Source: Polyangiaceae bacterium (GTDB lineage Bacteria; Myxococcota_A; Polyangia; Polyangiales; Polyangiaceae). Taken from it: DNA of 64,000 nucleotides. The position numbers and the translations under genes were made by a program. Where the stretch lies: positions 64,001 to 128,000 of the forward strand of contig JBILLK010000001.1 in the NCBI GenBank assembly GCA_044376115.1. Direction: 5' to 3'. The notes under the pieces are model-generated. The model was not told the origin of the DNA. It saw only the letters and a list, made by a program, of their open reading frames with translations, and did not search any database. Each line of letters begins with the position of its first letter. Position 1 is the first letter of the stretch. Below are positions 29,599 to 37,353 of this stretch, one piece after another.

Positions 29599-30546
29599 TC
29601 AGAACGAAGCAACCATCTGCACGTTGTTGTCTTCATCGAGGTCCGACGCCAGCGCATACCCGACGCCGCTGCGCTCCGAAGCGGCAATCGAGAAGCCACG
29701 CATTTCACCGACATAAACCGGCGACTCACGTGCTGGTACTTCACGAACGATGCGCGGGCGGAGCCGGGTTTGGCGCATCTTGATTACGCTCGCATCGAAG
29801 ACGTAGACGGTCAGCCGGTGCCCCTTCACCTTGTAGTGAAGCGCCGCTGTGTTGTGCGAATTCTCCACCATGTAGAGGCGCGCTCCGTCGAAGCTTGGGC
29901 TCGCTCCAATCCTCTCATTGCGCCGTAACAGCTGTAACGCAGACCGCTGCACGGGCACCCCGACGTAGGGCTCGAGCCGCGCGAGCTTCTCCGGATTCTC
30001 TTCCTCCGGGGGAAGTGGATTCGCGTGGAGGGCGACCAACTCATCCAAAACGGTGTCGAGCGTTGACTCCTTCGCCTTGCCCGGCGCAGCCGAAGGCGCA
30101 TCCACATTGCTATTGCTGCCCGGCGAAGGCTGAATCGACGCTACTGCCGAGGAGTCGCGCGTGGCTCGCACGACGACGAAAAACACGAAGCATGCAGCGA
30201 CGGCCAGAACAGCGGCCACACCGACGCGCCCCCTGGAGTCACGTTGCGTAGCCTGCGCCGTAACGACATCGGCGTGCTTTGCGTCTGACGGGCGAACCCC
30301 GGAAACCTCGAGTGATATCGCTCGTTCCACACGTTCACGAGCCGCAGCAGAACCACGCCTCGCACAGGAGCGGCGCAAGCTCGCCCGCATCGAGCGAATG
30401 AGCTCCATCTCATCACGACAGGAGGAGCACTCGAGGACGTGGTTCTCAACCTCGATGGCACGCGATGGCTCGAGTTCACCATCCACCAGGAGCATCACGC
30501 TTCGAGAGCAACAAGGGGTTCGGGTACTCACGCGAAGTGCGCTCAT
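29599..30546 (-). CDS. Zinc-binding (ZAS, zf-HC2) transmembrane anti-sigma factor
   Basis: DGEL..HVLECSSC (HxxxCxxC), central TM, extracytoplasmic domain; ATGA overlap with the sigma gene. Confidence 0.88.
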   Translation of the reverse strand: MSALRVSTRTPCCSRSVMLLVDGELEPSRAIEVENHVLECSSCRDEMELIRSMRASLRRSCARRGSAAARERVERAISLEVSGVRPSDAKHADVVTAQATQRDSRGRVGVAAVLAVAACFVFFVVVRATRDSSAVASIQPSPGSNSNVDAPSAAPGKAKESTLDTVLDELVALHANPLPPEEENPEKLARLEPYVGVPVQRSALQLLRRNERIGASPSFDGARLYMVENSHNTAALHYKVKGHRLTVYVFDASVIKMRQTRLRPRIVREVPARESPVYVGEMRGFSIAASERSGVGYALASDLDEDNNVQMVASF

Positions 30547-31238
30547 GATACAGCCCTGCGCCGCTCACGGAAGGCCGCTAGATCGGCTGGAGCAGAAATC
30601 TCCGGGCTGCTCTCCTGGGCCGGCCGGCTGGTCGTTTGTGCGGGTAGGATCCCCAAGACCTCTGCGTGGTCACGAAGGCGACTCTGCAGCAGCTTTCGAC
30701 CGCGGTGGAGCCGACTCATCACGGTGCCGATGGGACAGCCCATCACGTCGGCGATCTCCTTGTAGGACAACTCCTCCACATCCGAGAGGATCACGGCGAG
30801 CCGGAAATCCTCGGGAAGCTCGTCCAACGCCGCGGAGAGCTCGGCCTCGATCAACGGCTTGAGTGCCGCTGACTCGGCATCACGCACGGCCCGCATGGTG
30901 GACGCGCTCGTCCAGTTCTCGACCAAGGTATCGGCGGTCGGGCCATCCAAAACGCCCCGCTCCATACCTCCGCGCCGATATTTGTTGATGAAGGTGTTGG
31001 TGAGGATGCGGAGCAACCAAGCCTTGAGGTTGGTCCCAGGCTCAAACTGGTCTTTTGCCCGAATCGCCTTCAGGATCGTGTCCTGAACCAAGTCCTCGGC
31101 TTCCGAGCTGCCTCGGGTCATCCGGCTGGCCACACTGAACAGAGTGTCCATGTGTCCGAGCATCTCGGTGGAAAAGGCGTCGGCCCGTGAAGGCGGCGCC
31201 TCTTTCGTTGCAGGTCGTCGGAACAGGAAGAAGGCCAT
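30543..31238 (-). CDS. ECF sigma factor, SigH/SigR-like
   Basis: AEDLVQDT, FEPGTNLKAWLLRILTNTFINKYR, DVEELSYKEIA..GTVMSRLHRGR. Confidence 0.93.
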   Translation of the reverse strand: MAFFLFRRPATKEAPPSRADAFSTEMLGHMDTLFSVASRMTRGSSEAEDLVQDTILKAIRAKDQFEPGTNLKAWLLRILTNTFINKYRRGGMERGVLDGPTADTLVENWTSASTMRAVRDAESAALKPLIEAELSAALDELPEDFRLAVILSDVEELSYKEIADVMGCPIGTVMSRLHRGRKLLQSRLRDHAEVLGILPAQTTSRPAQESSPEISAPADLAAFRERRRAVS

Positions 31239-31249
31239 GTTGGAATTAC

Positions 31250-31276
31250 CAACCGACAGGGTGGCAATTGATTCCC
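31250..31276 (-). promoter_or_regulatory. Candidate ECF (SigH/SigR-type) autoregulatory promoter
   Basis: Minus strand GGGAAT-N17-GTTG ending 11 nt before the sigma ATG. Confidence 0.55.
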
Positions 31277-31341
31277 CATCCGCAAGCTTTCCTGCTCAAC
31301 CTCGAAAACTCCCCGCCGATTAGCGAGGATCAAAGAAGATC

Positions 31342-32007
31342 TCAGGAAGGCTTGCCGGAGTTCTTTTGGAGTTCTGCCACTTGAGCGGAGAGTTCGGCAA
31401 CCTTGGCCTCGAGGGCGGCGACCTGGTCTCGGAGCTCAGCAAAGGACTTGGCACTGGGTACGATCGCCCGAATTCGTTCGTCCAAGGACGAGATGCTGCT
31501 CTCCATCAGCTCCGTTAGACGGCCTTTGCGTTCATCGCCACCGCGACGCTCTTCCGCTTTGCGGTCCTCTTCCTTCCGCGCCTCTGCTTCCAGCTCGGCC
31601 GCAGAGGGTTCCACCACTTTTGGCGGTGCAACGACCCCAGCGCCGTCGCTGGACTCTTGCTCAGTCGAAGGCGGGGGCATGAACCGGCCCAGCGTTCCTT
31701 CGCGAAGTTGGGTCAGTAACTTTTCCCCACGCTCCTGGATCAGGTCACGAAGGGCGGCCAGCGGGACGCTTCGCGGCTGAGCTCGAAGGTCCTCCGAGAG
31801 GATGAGAGCGAGCGTGACCTCGGTCTTGTCCTCCTTGGTCTTGTTGTCGATGATTTGGACTTCTTCACCCGCCCGAACCATCTCCCCGATTTGCTGCAGC
31901 GTGACGTACCGGCTGTCTCGCGTGTCGTACAGCTTTCGGTTCGAGTAACGCTTGATGACGCGCCGCGGCCCCCCGCGAAAAACTCCCGTGTCCTTGCTCG
32001 CATCCAT
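31342..32007 (-). CDS. PhaR-like (PHA regulator) DNA-binding domain protein with coiled-coil tail
   Basis: IKRYSNRKLYDTRDSRYVTL..GEEVQIIDNKTKED. Confidence 0.88.
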   Translation of the reverse strand: MDASKDTGVFRGGPRRVIKRYSNRKLYDTRDSRYVTLQQIGEMVRAGEEVQIIDNKTKEDKTEVTLALILSEDLRAQPRSVPLAALRDLIQERGEKLLTQLREGTLGRFMPPPSTEQESSDGAGVVAPPKVVEPSAAELEAEARKEEDRKAEERRGGDERKGRLTELMESSISSLDERIRAIVPSAKSFAELRDQVAALEAKVAELSAQVAELQKNSGKPS

Positions 32008-32105
32008 CGGCGCGGCATTGGAGCACTTTGGACGGTACGTCCGCAACAAGGCCTTTTGCCCGGCGAGAAATTCGGCGAATTAGGGGGCCTGCGATATAGC
32101 GGGGC

Positions 32106-33929
32106 ATGTTCCACCGAGCGCTCTGGCTCCTCGTCGCGCTGATCGTGACGGTCTGTTTGGGCTGTGATTCCCAACGCAGTACGCCCGAGTTGCTCGACTT
32201 GTCGGATGTGTCGCCTCGCTTGGTGAAGTCTGGCGACCAGATGGTGGTACTCGGGCGGGACCTTCCGGTCGGCCAAGTTGCAGACGCTCGCGTGCTGTTC
32301 GTTGGGTCCACGAGTCAGCCGGGCAAGCCAGCCAGCAGCAAACGCTCCATCGAGGTAACAGGTGCGCGACTCACGCGCGAGGGCGTCGAGTTCCACGTCG
32401 ATGACGCGCTCCTCGCTCGCTTCTGCGGCGACGGCGAAGAGGCGGAACACGCTACCTTCAGCGGGAGGATCGAGGTCTGGTTACCGTCGACCGGTCGGCT
32501 GCCCGTCTACGGCTCACTCAAAGGGGACGTCGTCATAGACTTTGTGCCGCGACGTGCGTCACAGCGCGTTTTGCAGCTACGAGAGGCTGCCGTACGCGAC
32601 ACGGAGGAGCTGGTGGGAACAACCTTCAGTCCCATCGCGGATGGCGGCGGATTCGCTATCTCACAACTAGCTCCCGAGAGTCCGTTGGCGCAGGCTGGGG
32701 CGAAAGAAGGCGATCTCGTCCTCGCGCTCGACGCTCTCACGGTCCTGTCTCGCGACGACTTGCGTTTGCGAGGGGATGGAAAGCCAGCCGCGATCGAGGT
32801 TCTGCGGGCGGATGAGGCTCTCCTCCTATCGTTGCCAACCGATGGTTTTCGCTCAATGACCAGCACCTCCACCAATCTCGGTCTGGTGTTGCTCGGGGCT
32901 CTATTCGTGGCCTTTGCTTTACTCGCAGGCCCACTGGCGTTCTGGCTTAGGTGGCTGGCCTTCCGGGTGCGAGAAGCGCTGCTGAGTCGACGTGAGACTT
33001 CAGCCGTCGCCTCCATCCTGCGCACAGCGGGTGGCTTTGGCAGCGTGGGTCAGGCTCGTTCGGTTGGGCCGATCTTTCTGCTCTGTGTACTCGCCTTCTT
33101 CTTCGCGACATTTCCGTTCATTGAGCTGCGACTAGGTCTGCCGCTCGACATTCCCACGCTCTACCTGCTGAGCGTCACCGCCCGACTTACGACAGCCTTG
33201 CTCACGGGTGGCTGGGGAACCGGCGTCGGCATCGTGCGTCGCCGAATCACAGCGCTTGCATGGACGTTGCTCAGTGAGTTGCCAGCAACGCTAGCGCTCG
33301 CAGCAGCGCTCTGGACCGCAGGCAGCTTTCACGTGAAGGACTTGGTTCAATTTCAATGCGCGGCGGGTCTCGGTTTTACTGACTCTGGCAGTCAGCCCTG
33401 GATGTGGTTGGCGTTCAGAAATCCCCTGCTTGCCGCGCTCTTCGGCTTTGTCTTCGTAATTGCCTTGGTTGAGCGTGAGGATGGGGAGATGCAGCCCGCC
33501 GATTGGGTGCATCTGCTGCTCAGCAGCGGCCTTGGAGCGATCGTGTTCTTCGGCGGCTACGGCCTGCCCGGCACGGGGACGCTTGAACTGACGACGAAAC
33601 CCTGGCTGCAACTGCTTGGGTCAGCCGTCTTCCTGTTCAAGTCGGTGGCGATTGCGTTGGTCGTGTTGGTGCTCCGCAGCGCGCTACCGCGCGTTCGGCC
33701 GCAAATCTACCGAACCATCACGCCGCGCCTCATTGCGCCATTTGCGGTGCTCTCCCTCGGCTTTACGGTTCTGGCCCGGCTCTATCCGCCGCTTCCGGCG
33801 GTTGAGCGCGCCGCGGCTTTGGTGGTGTTGTGTGGGGTTGGCTTGGTTCTGCTAATGCTGGTGGTTCCCGGGCTTAGCCGGCGCCGCCCAGAGTTCTCTG
33901 AGCGAGCGCGGGTAAATCCGTTCCTCTAG
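32106..33929 (+). CDS. Fusion: lipoprotein signal + TIG-like + PDZ + NuoH-like membrane domain
   Basis: CLGC lipobox; DVSPRLVKSGDQMVVLG; SPLAQAGAKEGDLVLALD; NuoH-like SELP..AGS..DLV..Q, FFGG, FK, RSALPRVR. Confidence 0.8.
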   Translation: MFHRALWLLVALIVTVCLGCDSQRSTPELLDLSDVSPRLVKSGDQMVVLGRDLPVGQVADARVLFVGSTSQPGKPASSKRSIEVTGARLTREGVEFHVDDALLARFCGDGEEAEHATFSGRIEVWLPSTGRLPVYGSLKGDVVIDFVPRRASQRVLQLREAAVRDTEELVGTTFSPIADGGGFAISQLAPESPLAQAGAKEGDLVLALDALTVLSRDDLRLRGDGKPAAIEVLRADEALLLSLPTDGFRSMTSTSTNLGLVLLGALFVAFALLAGPLAFWLRWLAFRVREALLSRRETSAVASILRTAGGFGSVGQARSVGPIFLLCVLAFFFATFPFIELRLGLPLDIPTLYLLSVTARLTTALLTGGWGTGVGIVRRRITALAWTLLSELPATLALAAALWTAGSFHVKDLVQFQCAAGLGFTDSGSQPWMWLAFRNPLLAALFGFVFVIALVEREDGEMQPADWVHLLLSSGLGAIVFFGGYGLPGTGTLELTTKPWLQLLGSAVFLFKSVAIALVVLVLRSALPRVRPQIYRTITPRLIAPFAVLSLGFTVLARLYPPLPAVERAAALVVLCGVGLVLLMLVVPGLSRRRPEFSERARVNPFL

Positions 33930-34012
33930 AGGAATCGCGTCCGCCAAGGTGGCATTGCATTTCCACATGAAAGAGCTTTTCCCTTCCCGTAAGGACAGCT
34001 TAACTTGTCAGC

Positions 34013-35680
34013 GTGTCACTGGATGAATCCCGGTTGAGTTGTACGAGCTGCGGGCTCCCGCTCTCGGGTTCTGCCTGTGCGGCGTGTGGAGGAAGCGGCT
34101 TGCCCTTGGCGCTCGCGGATGGCGTCGCGGGATCCGCAAGAGCGTATGCCTCGGAGACCGAGCGATCTGACCTCGGAGCGCATGCAGAGCTCGTCGACGG
34201 CAACTTCGGTAACCTCGTCGCACGATGCGTGAGTGCGCTCGGGATGTCCGAGCTCACGTCAGCAGAAACGCCTGATGGCCCTTTGTTCCGGGCAATGTTG
34301 CGGGGATTTGCGCTGTTTTTCCGCATTCGGCCGACCATTGGTGACCTTGTCATCGAGGTACCGGTGGTGAGGCTGCCGCTTACGCAGTACGTGGCGGCGC
34401 TTCGGCTGATTTTGGAGCTTTCAGATCGGGATCACTCGGCGGTTCGCTATTCAACCCGGGGAGAGCTGGTGATCGCGCGCTTCGTCGGGGTGCTTCCGAC
34501 GATCAGCCCAGGCTCCTTTTACCAAGCTATCGAGTCGGTGCTCGAGGCTGCTCTCGATTGTGCGCGCGTGCTCGTTGGATCGTTTCAAGCACGCGAAATC
34601 ACGCCCAAGGACTGTGCGGCATTGACGCTTGAGAGTTTCCCTCGGGGCATCGTCCTCACCGACGAATTGCCGACGTCGTCACAGCGCACGGCGTTGGCAG
34701 CCCAGTCGTCGCGCCGGGTCCCCACCCGCGAGCTGCTCGGGCCAACGCGCCCTACGCCGGTCGCCGACGTGCCCGCCATTTTGATGCCTCCGGGCGGGCC
34801 CGCTCAGCCCAAAGCAGCAGCAGCAGCCAACCCACGCCCGACGCCCGCCAAGTCTCCTTCGGTTCCACCTCCGGTGAAGCCCGCCGCGCCAGCCGCACAG
34901 CCCGCGTTGAGGCCCCCGCAGCGAGAGGTCCCCAAGCCGCGTGAAGAGCACACGCCCCCGACGGCACCGTCGCCCGCCGACGTACCGCCGCTCCGTGGCT
35001 CGAACCACCCACCGCCCGCAGCAGCAAAGCCCGTCACCCCTGCGGCACCGGCCGTTAGTCCCATCACACAAACAAGCGCTGCATCGCCCCCCAAGGCAGG
35101 CTCTCGGCATGCAGCTCTCTGTGAGCTTTTGCACAAGGCTCAGACTTTGGGCGCCGTGCTCAGCTTCGCGGACCAACCGGCCACCATGTGTTTGCTGATC
35201 CGTGCCACCGTCTATCGCACGATCCTCGAGCATGAGCAGGCTGCGCCGGGTGCAGCGGCCCACTTGGCGACGTCCACCGCCACGCTCACCAAGGAGATCT
35301 ACATCACGGCCCCTGGCAAACGCCGCGGCTCGATGGCCATACCGCCGACCGCACCAGCCTTCGAGACGATGGCAGATATCGTGGCGAAGGAAGGCGTCGT
35401 CCAATCGAGCGAACCATTGGTCATTCAGCCAATAACCACAGCGCAAGAGGCGAAGCAGCACCTTGCTCGCTACGTGTCGGAGATCGACCAAGCACCCAGC
35501 GACGTGGACCTGCGTCACTTCTTGGCACTCGGTGCACTCTCGGAGCTGCTGGTCCGGGCCAAGTTGCCCCCGGCAACGCAGGAACGACTCAAGGGCATCC
35601 TTGCGCACGCGCGTAAAGAAGGCCCCAAACAACAGGTTGTGGAGCTGATGATGACCGCACTCAACCGGATGATCGCCTGA
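34013..35680 (+). CDS. Zn-ribbon + YbjN/CesT-like domain + Pro-rich linker + helical domain protein
   Basis: CTSC..CAAC; LVIEVPVVRLP..LILELSD; long Pro/Ala-rich segment. Confidence 0.7.
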   Translation: MSLDESRLSCTSCGLPLSGSACAACGGSGLPLALADGVAGSARAYASETERSDLGAHAELVDGNFGNLVARCVSALGMSELTSAETPDGPLFRAMLRGFALFFRIRPTIGDLVIEVPVVRLPLTQYVAALRLILELSDRDHSAVRYSTRGELVIARFVGVLPTISPGSFYQAIESVLEAALDCARVLVGSFQAREITPKDCAALTLESFPRGIVLTDELPTSSQRTALAAQSSRRVPTRELLGPTRPTPVADVPAILMPPGGPAQPKAAAAANPRPTPAKSPSVPPPVKPAAPAAQPALRPPQREVPKPREEHTPPTAPSPADVPPLRGSNHPPPAAAKPVTPAAPAVSPITQTSAASPPKAGSRHAALCELLHKAQTLGAVLSFADQPATMCLLIRATVYRTILEHEQAAPGAAAHLATSTATLTKEIYITAPGKRRGSMAIPPTAPAFETMADIVAKEGVVQSSEPLVIQPITTAQEAKQHLARYVSEIDQAPSDVDLRHFLALGALSELLVRAKLPPATQERLKGILAHARKEGPKQQVVELMMTALNRMIA

Positions 35681-36843
35681 TGATTGCGCTCTCAGAACTA
35701 GCCGCTCGTGTTGGCCCCTCCATCGTCGGCGTTGTTTCGCCAACCAATCGTGGGTCGGGTTATTGCGCGCTCGCAAACGGACTCATCGTCACAAGCTTGG
35801 ACACCGTCGGTTACGACCGCGAGGTTCAGCTCATGCTCGAGAACGGCTCGAGTGTGGCAGCCGTCGTGGTGCGAGCGAACGTGGCATTGGACGTAGCGCT
35901 GCTCCTTCCCAAGGAGCCCCTCGAGTTACCACCGCTCGCAAGCGGGGCCGATCCGCAGCTTGGCGACGAAGTTGCGATCATGGGCCGCGCTCACTCCGAG
36001 CCGATCGTGATGCGTTCGCGCATCGCTTCGACCAACCGCATCTACGAGCAGTTCAGTCACGTACAGCTCGACGTAGCGCCCGATGAGTTCTCGCTCGGCG
36101 CCCCGGTGCTGGACGCCAACGGTGGTGTGCTGGGATTGATCGTTCGATCACGCCGAGTGCGCACCCTCGGGGATCGCAACGCTCACAAGTGGGTCTCCGG
36201 CCTTGTGCTCCCGATCTCATCGTTCGAGGGTGGCCTCCTCTCGGCGGACGGCCCGCATGAAGAGATCCTCGAGCTGCTACCCGAGTATGGGTGTCCCAAG
36301 TGCGACACCATCTTCGAGCCGGAGCTGGATCGCTGCCTCGAGTGCGGGACCCTTCTCCCCCATCGGTTTGCGCGCGAAACGTTGGCGCCCCCGCTCAAAC
36401 CGTCCTTGCGGGGTGGCTTCGCCGTCAAGGCGGCGCTCGCGTCGTTGGGGATCCCGCGCAACCGAGCCCAGGTTGGTCCGCGCACGTGGCGCTTCGCTCC
36501 GGCGATTCAAGACCAGGCCTTTGGCGCACAGTTGGATCTCACGACCGATGACGACGGCGGCAACCTCGTATTGCGCAGCCCGGTCGTTCGGCTACCGATC
36601 GAGAACTTCGAGCCGCTCTATCGGCATCTGCTCACGCTGAATGACGAAACCTCCGGGGAATACCGCTTTAGCGTCGTCGACTCGAGCGTCTACCTCAGCG
36701 TCTTCATCCCCTCTACCGCGGTGGACCCTGCGTCCTTCCCCACGGTCGTGAGCGACTTCTCGCGGACGCTGACGCTCTATCGCACAACCTTCCAACGGCA
36801 CTTTGGGCTCGAACCACTCTTCGAGAACGAAGTCGATTTCTGA
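35680..36843 (+). CDS. Degenerate trypsin/HtrA-like domain + Zn ribbon + YbjN/CesT-like domain
   Basis: PSIVGV..GSG..GLIVT..DVALL..GAPVLDANGGVLG; CPKC..CLECG; RSPVVRLP..LLTLND. Confidence 0.78.
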   Translation: MIALSELAARVGPSIVGVVSPTNRGSGYCALANGLIVTSLDTVGYDREVQLMLENGSSVAAVVVRANVALDVALLLPKEPLELPPLASGADPQLGDEVAIMGRAHSEPIVMRSRIASTNRIYEQFSHVQLDVAPDEFSLGAPVLDANGGVLGLIVRSRRVRTLGDRNAHKWVSGLVLPISSFEGGLLSADGPHEEILELLPEYGCPKCDTIFEPELDRCLECGTLLPHRFARETLAPPLKPSLRGGFAVKAALASLGIPRNRAQVGPRTWRFAPAIQDQAFGAQLDLTTDDDGGNLVLRSPVVRLPIENFEPLYRHLLTLNDETSGEYRFSVVDSSVYLSVFIPSTAVDPASFPTVVSDFSRTLTLYRTTFQRHFGLEPLFENEVDF

Positions 36844-36879
36844 CGCAACGAGCAACCGCCTGGCACGTAAGGGTCGGGC

Positions 36880-37344
36880 ATGAACGTGCGCACGCAGTTT
36901 GCCTGGCGAATCTTGCTTCCAGTGGCGCTTTGCAGCATCTCCTGCCAGCAAAACGATCAACCGGCTGAAGCGACAGCGCTGCTTGAGTCGGTTCAAGCGG
37001 ACAACTATCGAGAGTGGCAACGTGCGCCAGGGTACGGCGCGCGGACCCCGACCAGCGCCCCACACGGTGACTCGGTCGAGATCTTCGTCAATGACGTCTT
37101 GGCCGACGCATTGACAGCGCAAGCGCTAGAGGAGTGGCCGGTGGGCTCAATCGTCGCCAAAGACGGCTACGATTCGGATGGCGCGCTAGAGCTGATCGCG
37201 TTGATGGAAAAGCGTGAATCCGGCTGGTTCTGGGCGGAGTATGACGCTGATGGTGAACCACTCTACTCGGGCGAACCAGGCATTTGTCTCGACTGCCACG
37301 CCAGCGGTGACGACTACGTTCGCGCCTTCGGTTTTGCCCAGTAG
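36880..37344 (+). CDS. Cytochrome P460-family c-type cytochrome, lipoprotein
   Basis: YREW, WPVGSIVAKDG, MEK..GWFWAEY, C-terminal CLDCH. Confidence 0.82.
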   Translation: MNVRTQFAWRILLPVALCSISCQQNDQPAEATALLESVQADNYREWQRAPGYGARTPTSAPHGDSVEIFVNDVLADALTAQALEEWPVGSIVAKDGYDSDGALELIALMEKRESGWFWAEYDADGEPLYSGEPGICLDCHASGDDYVRAFGFAQ

Positions 37345-37353
37345 GGGCTGACG

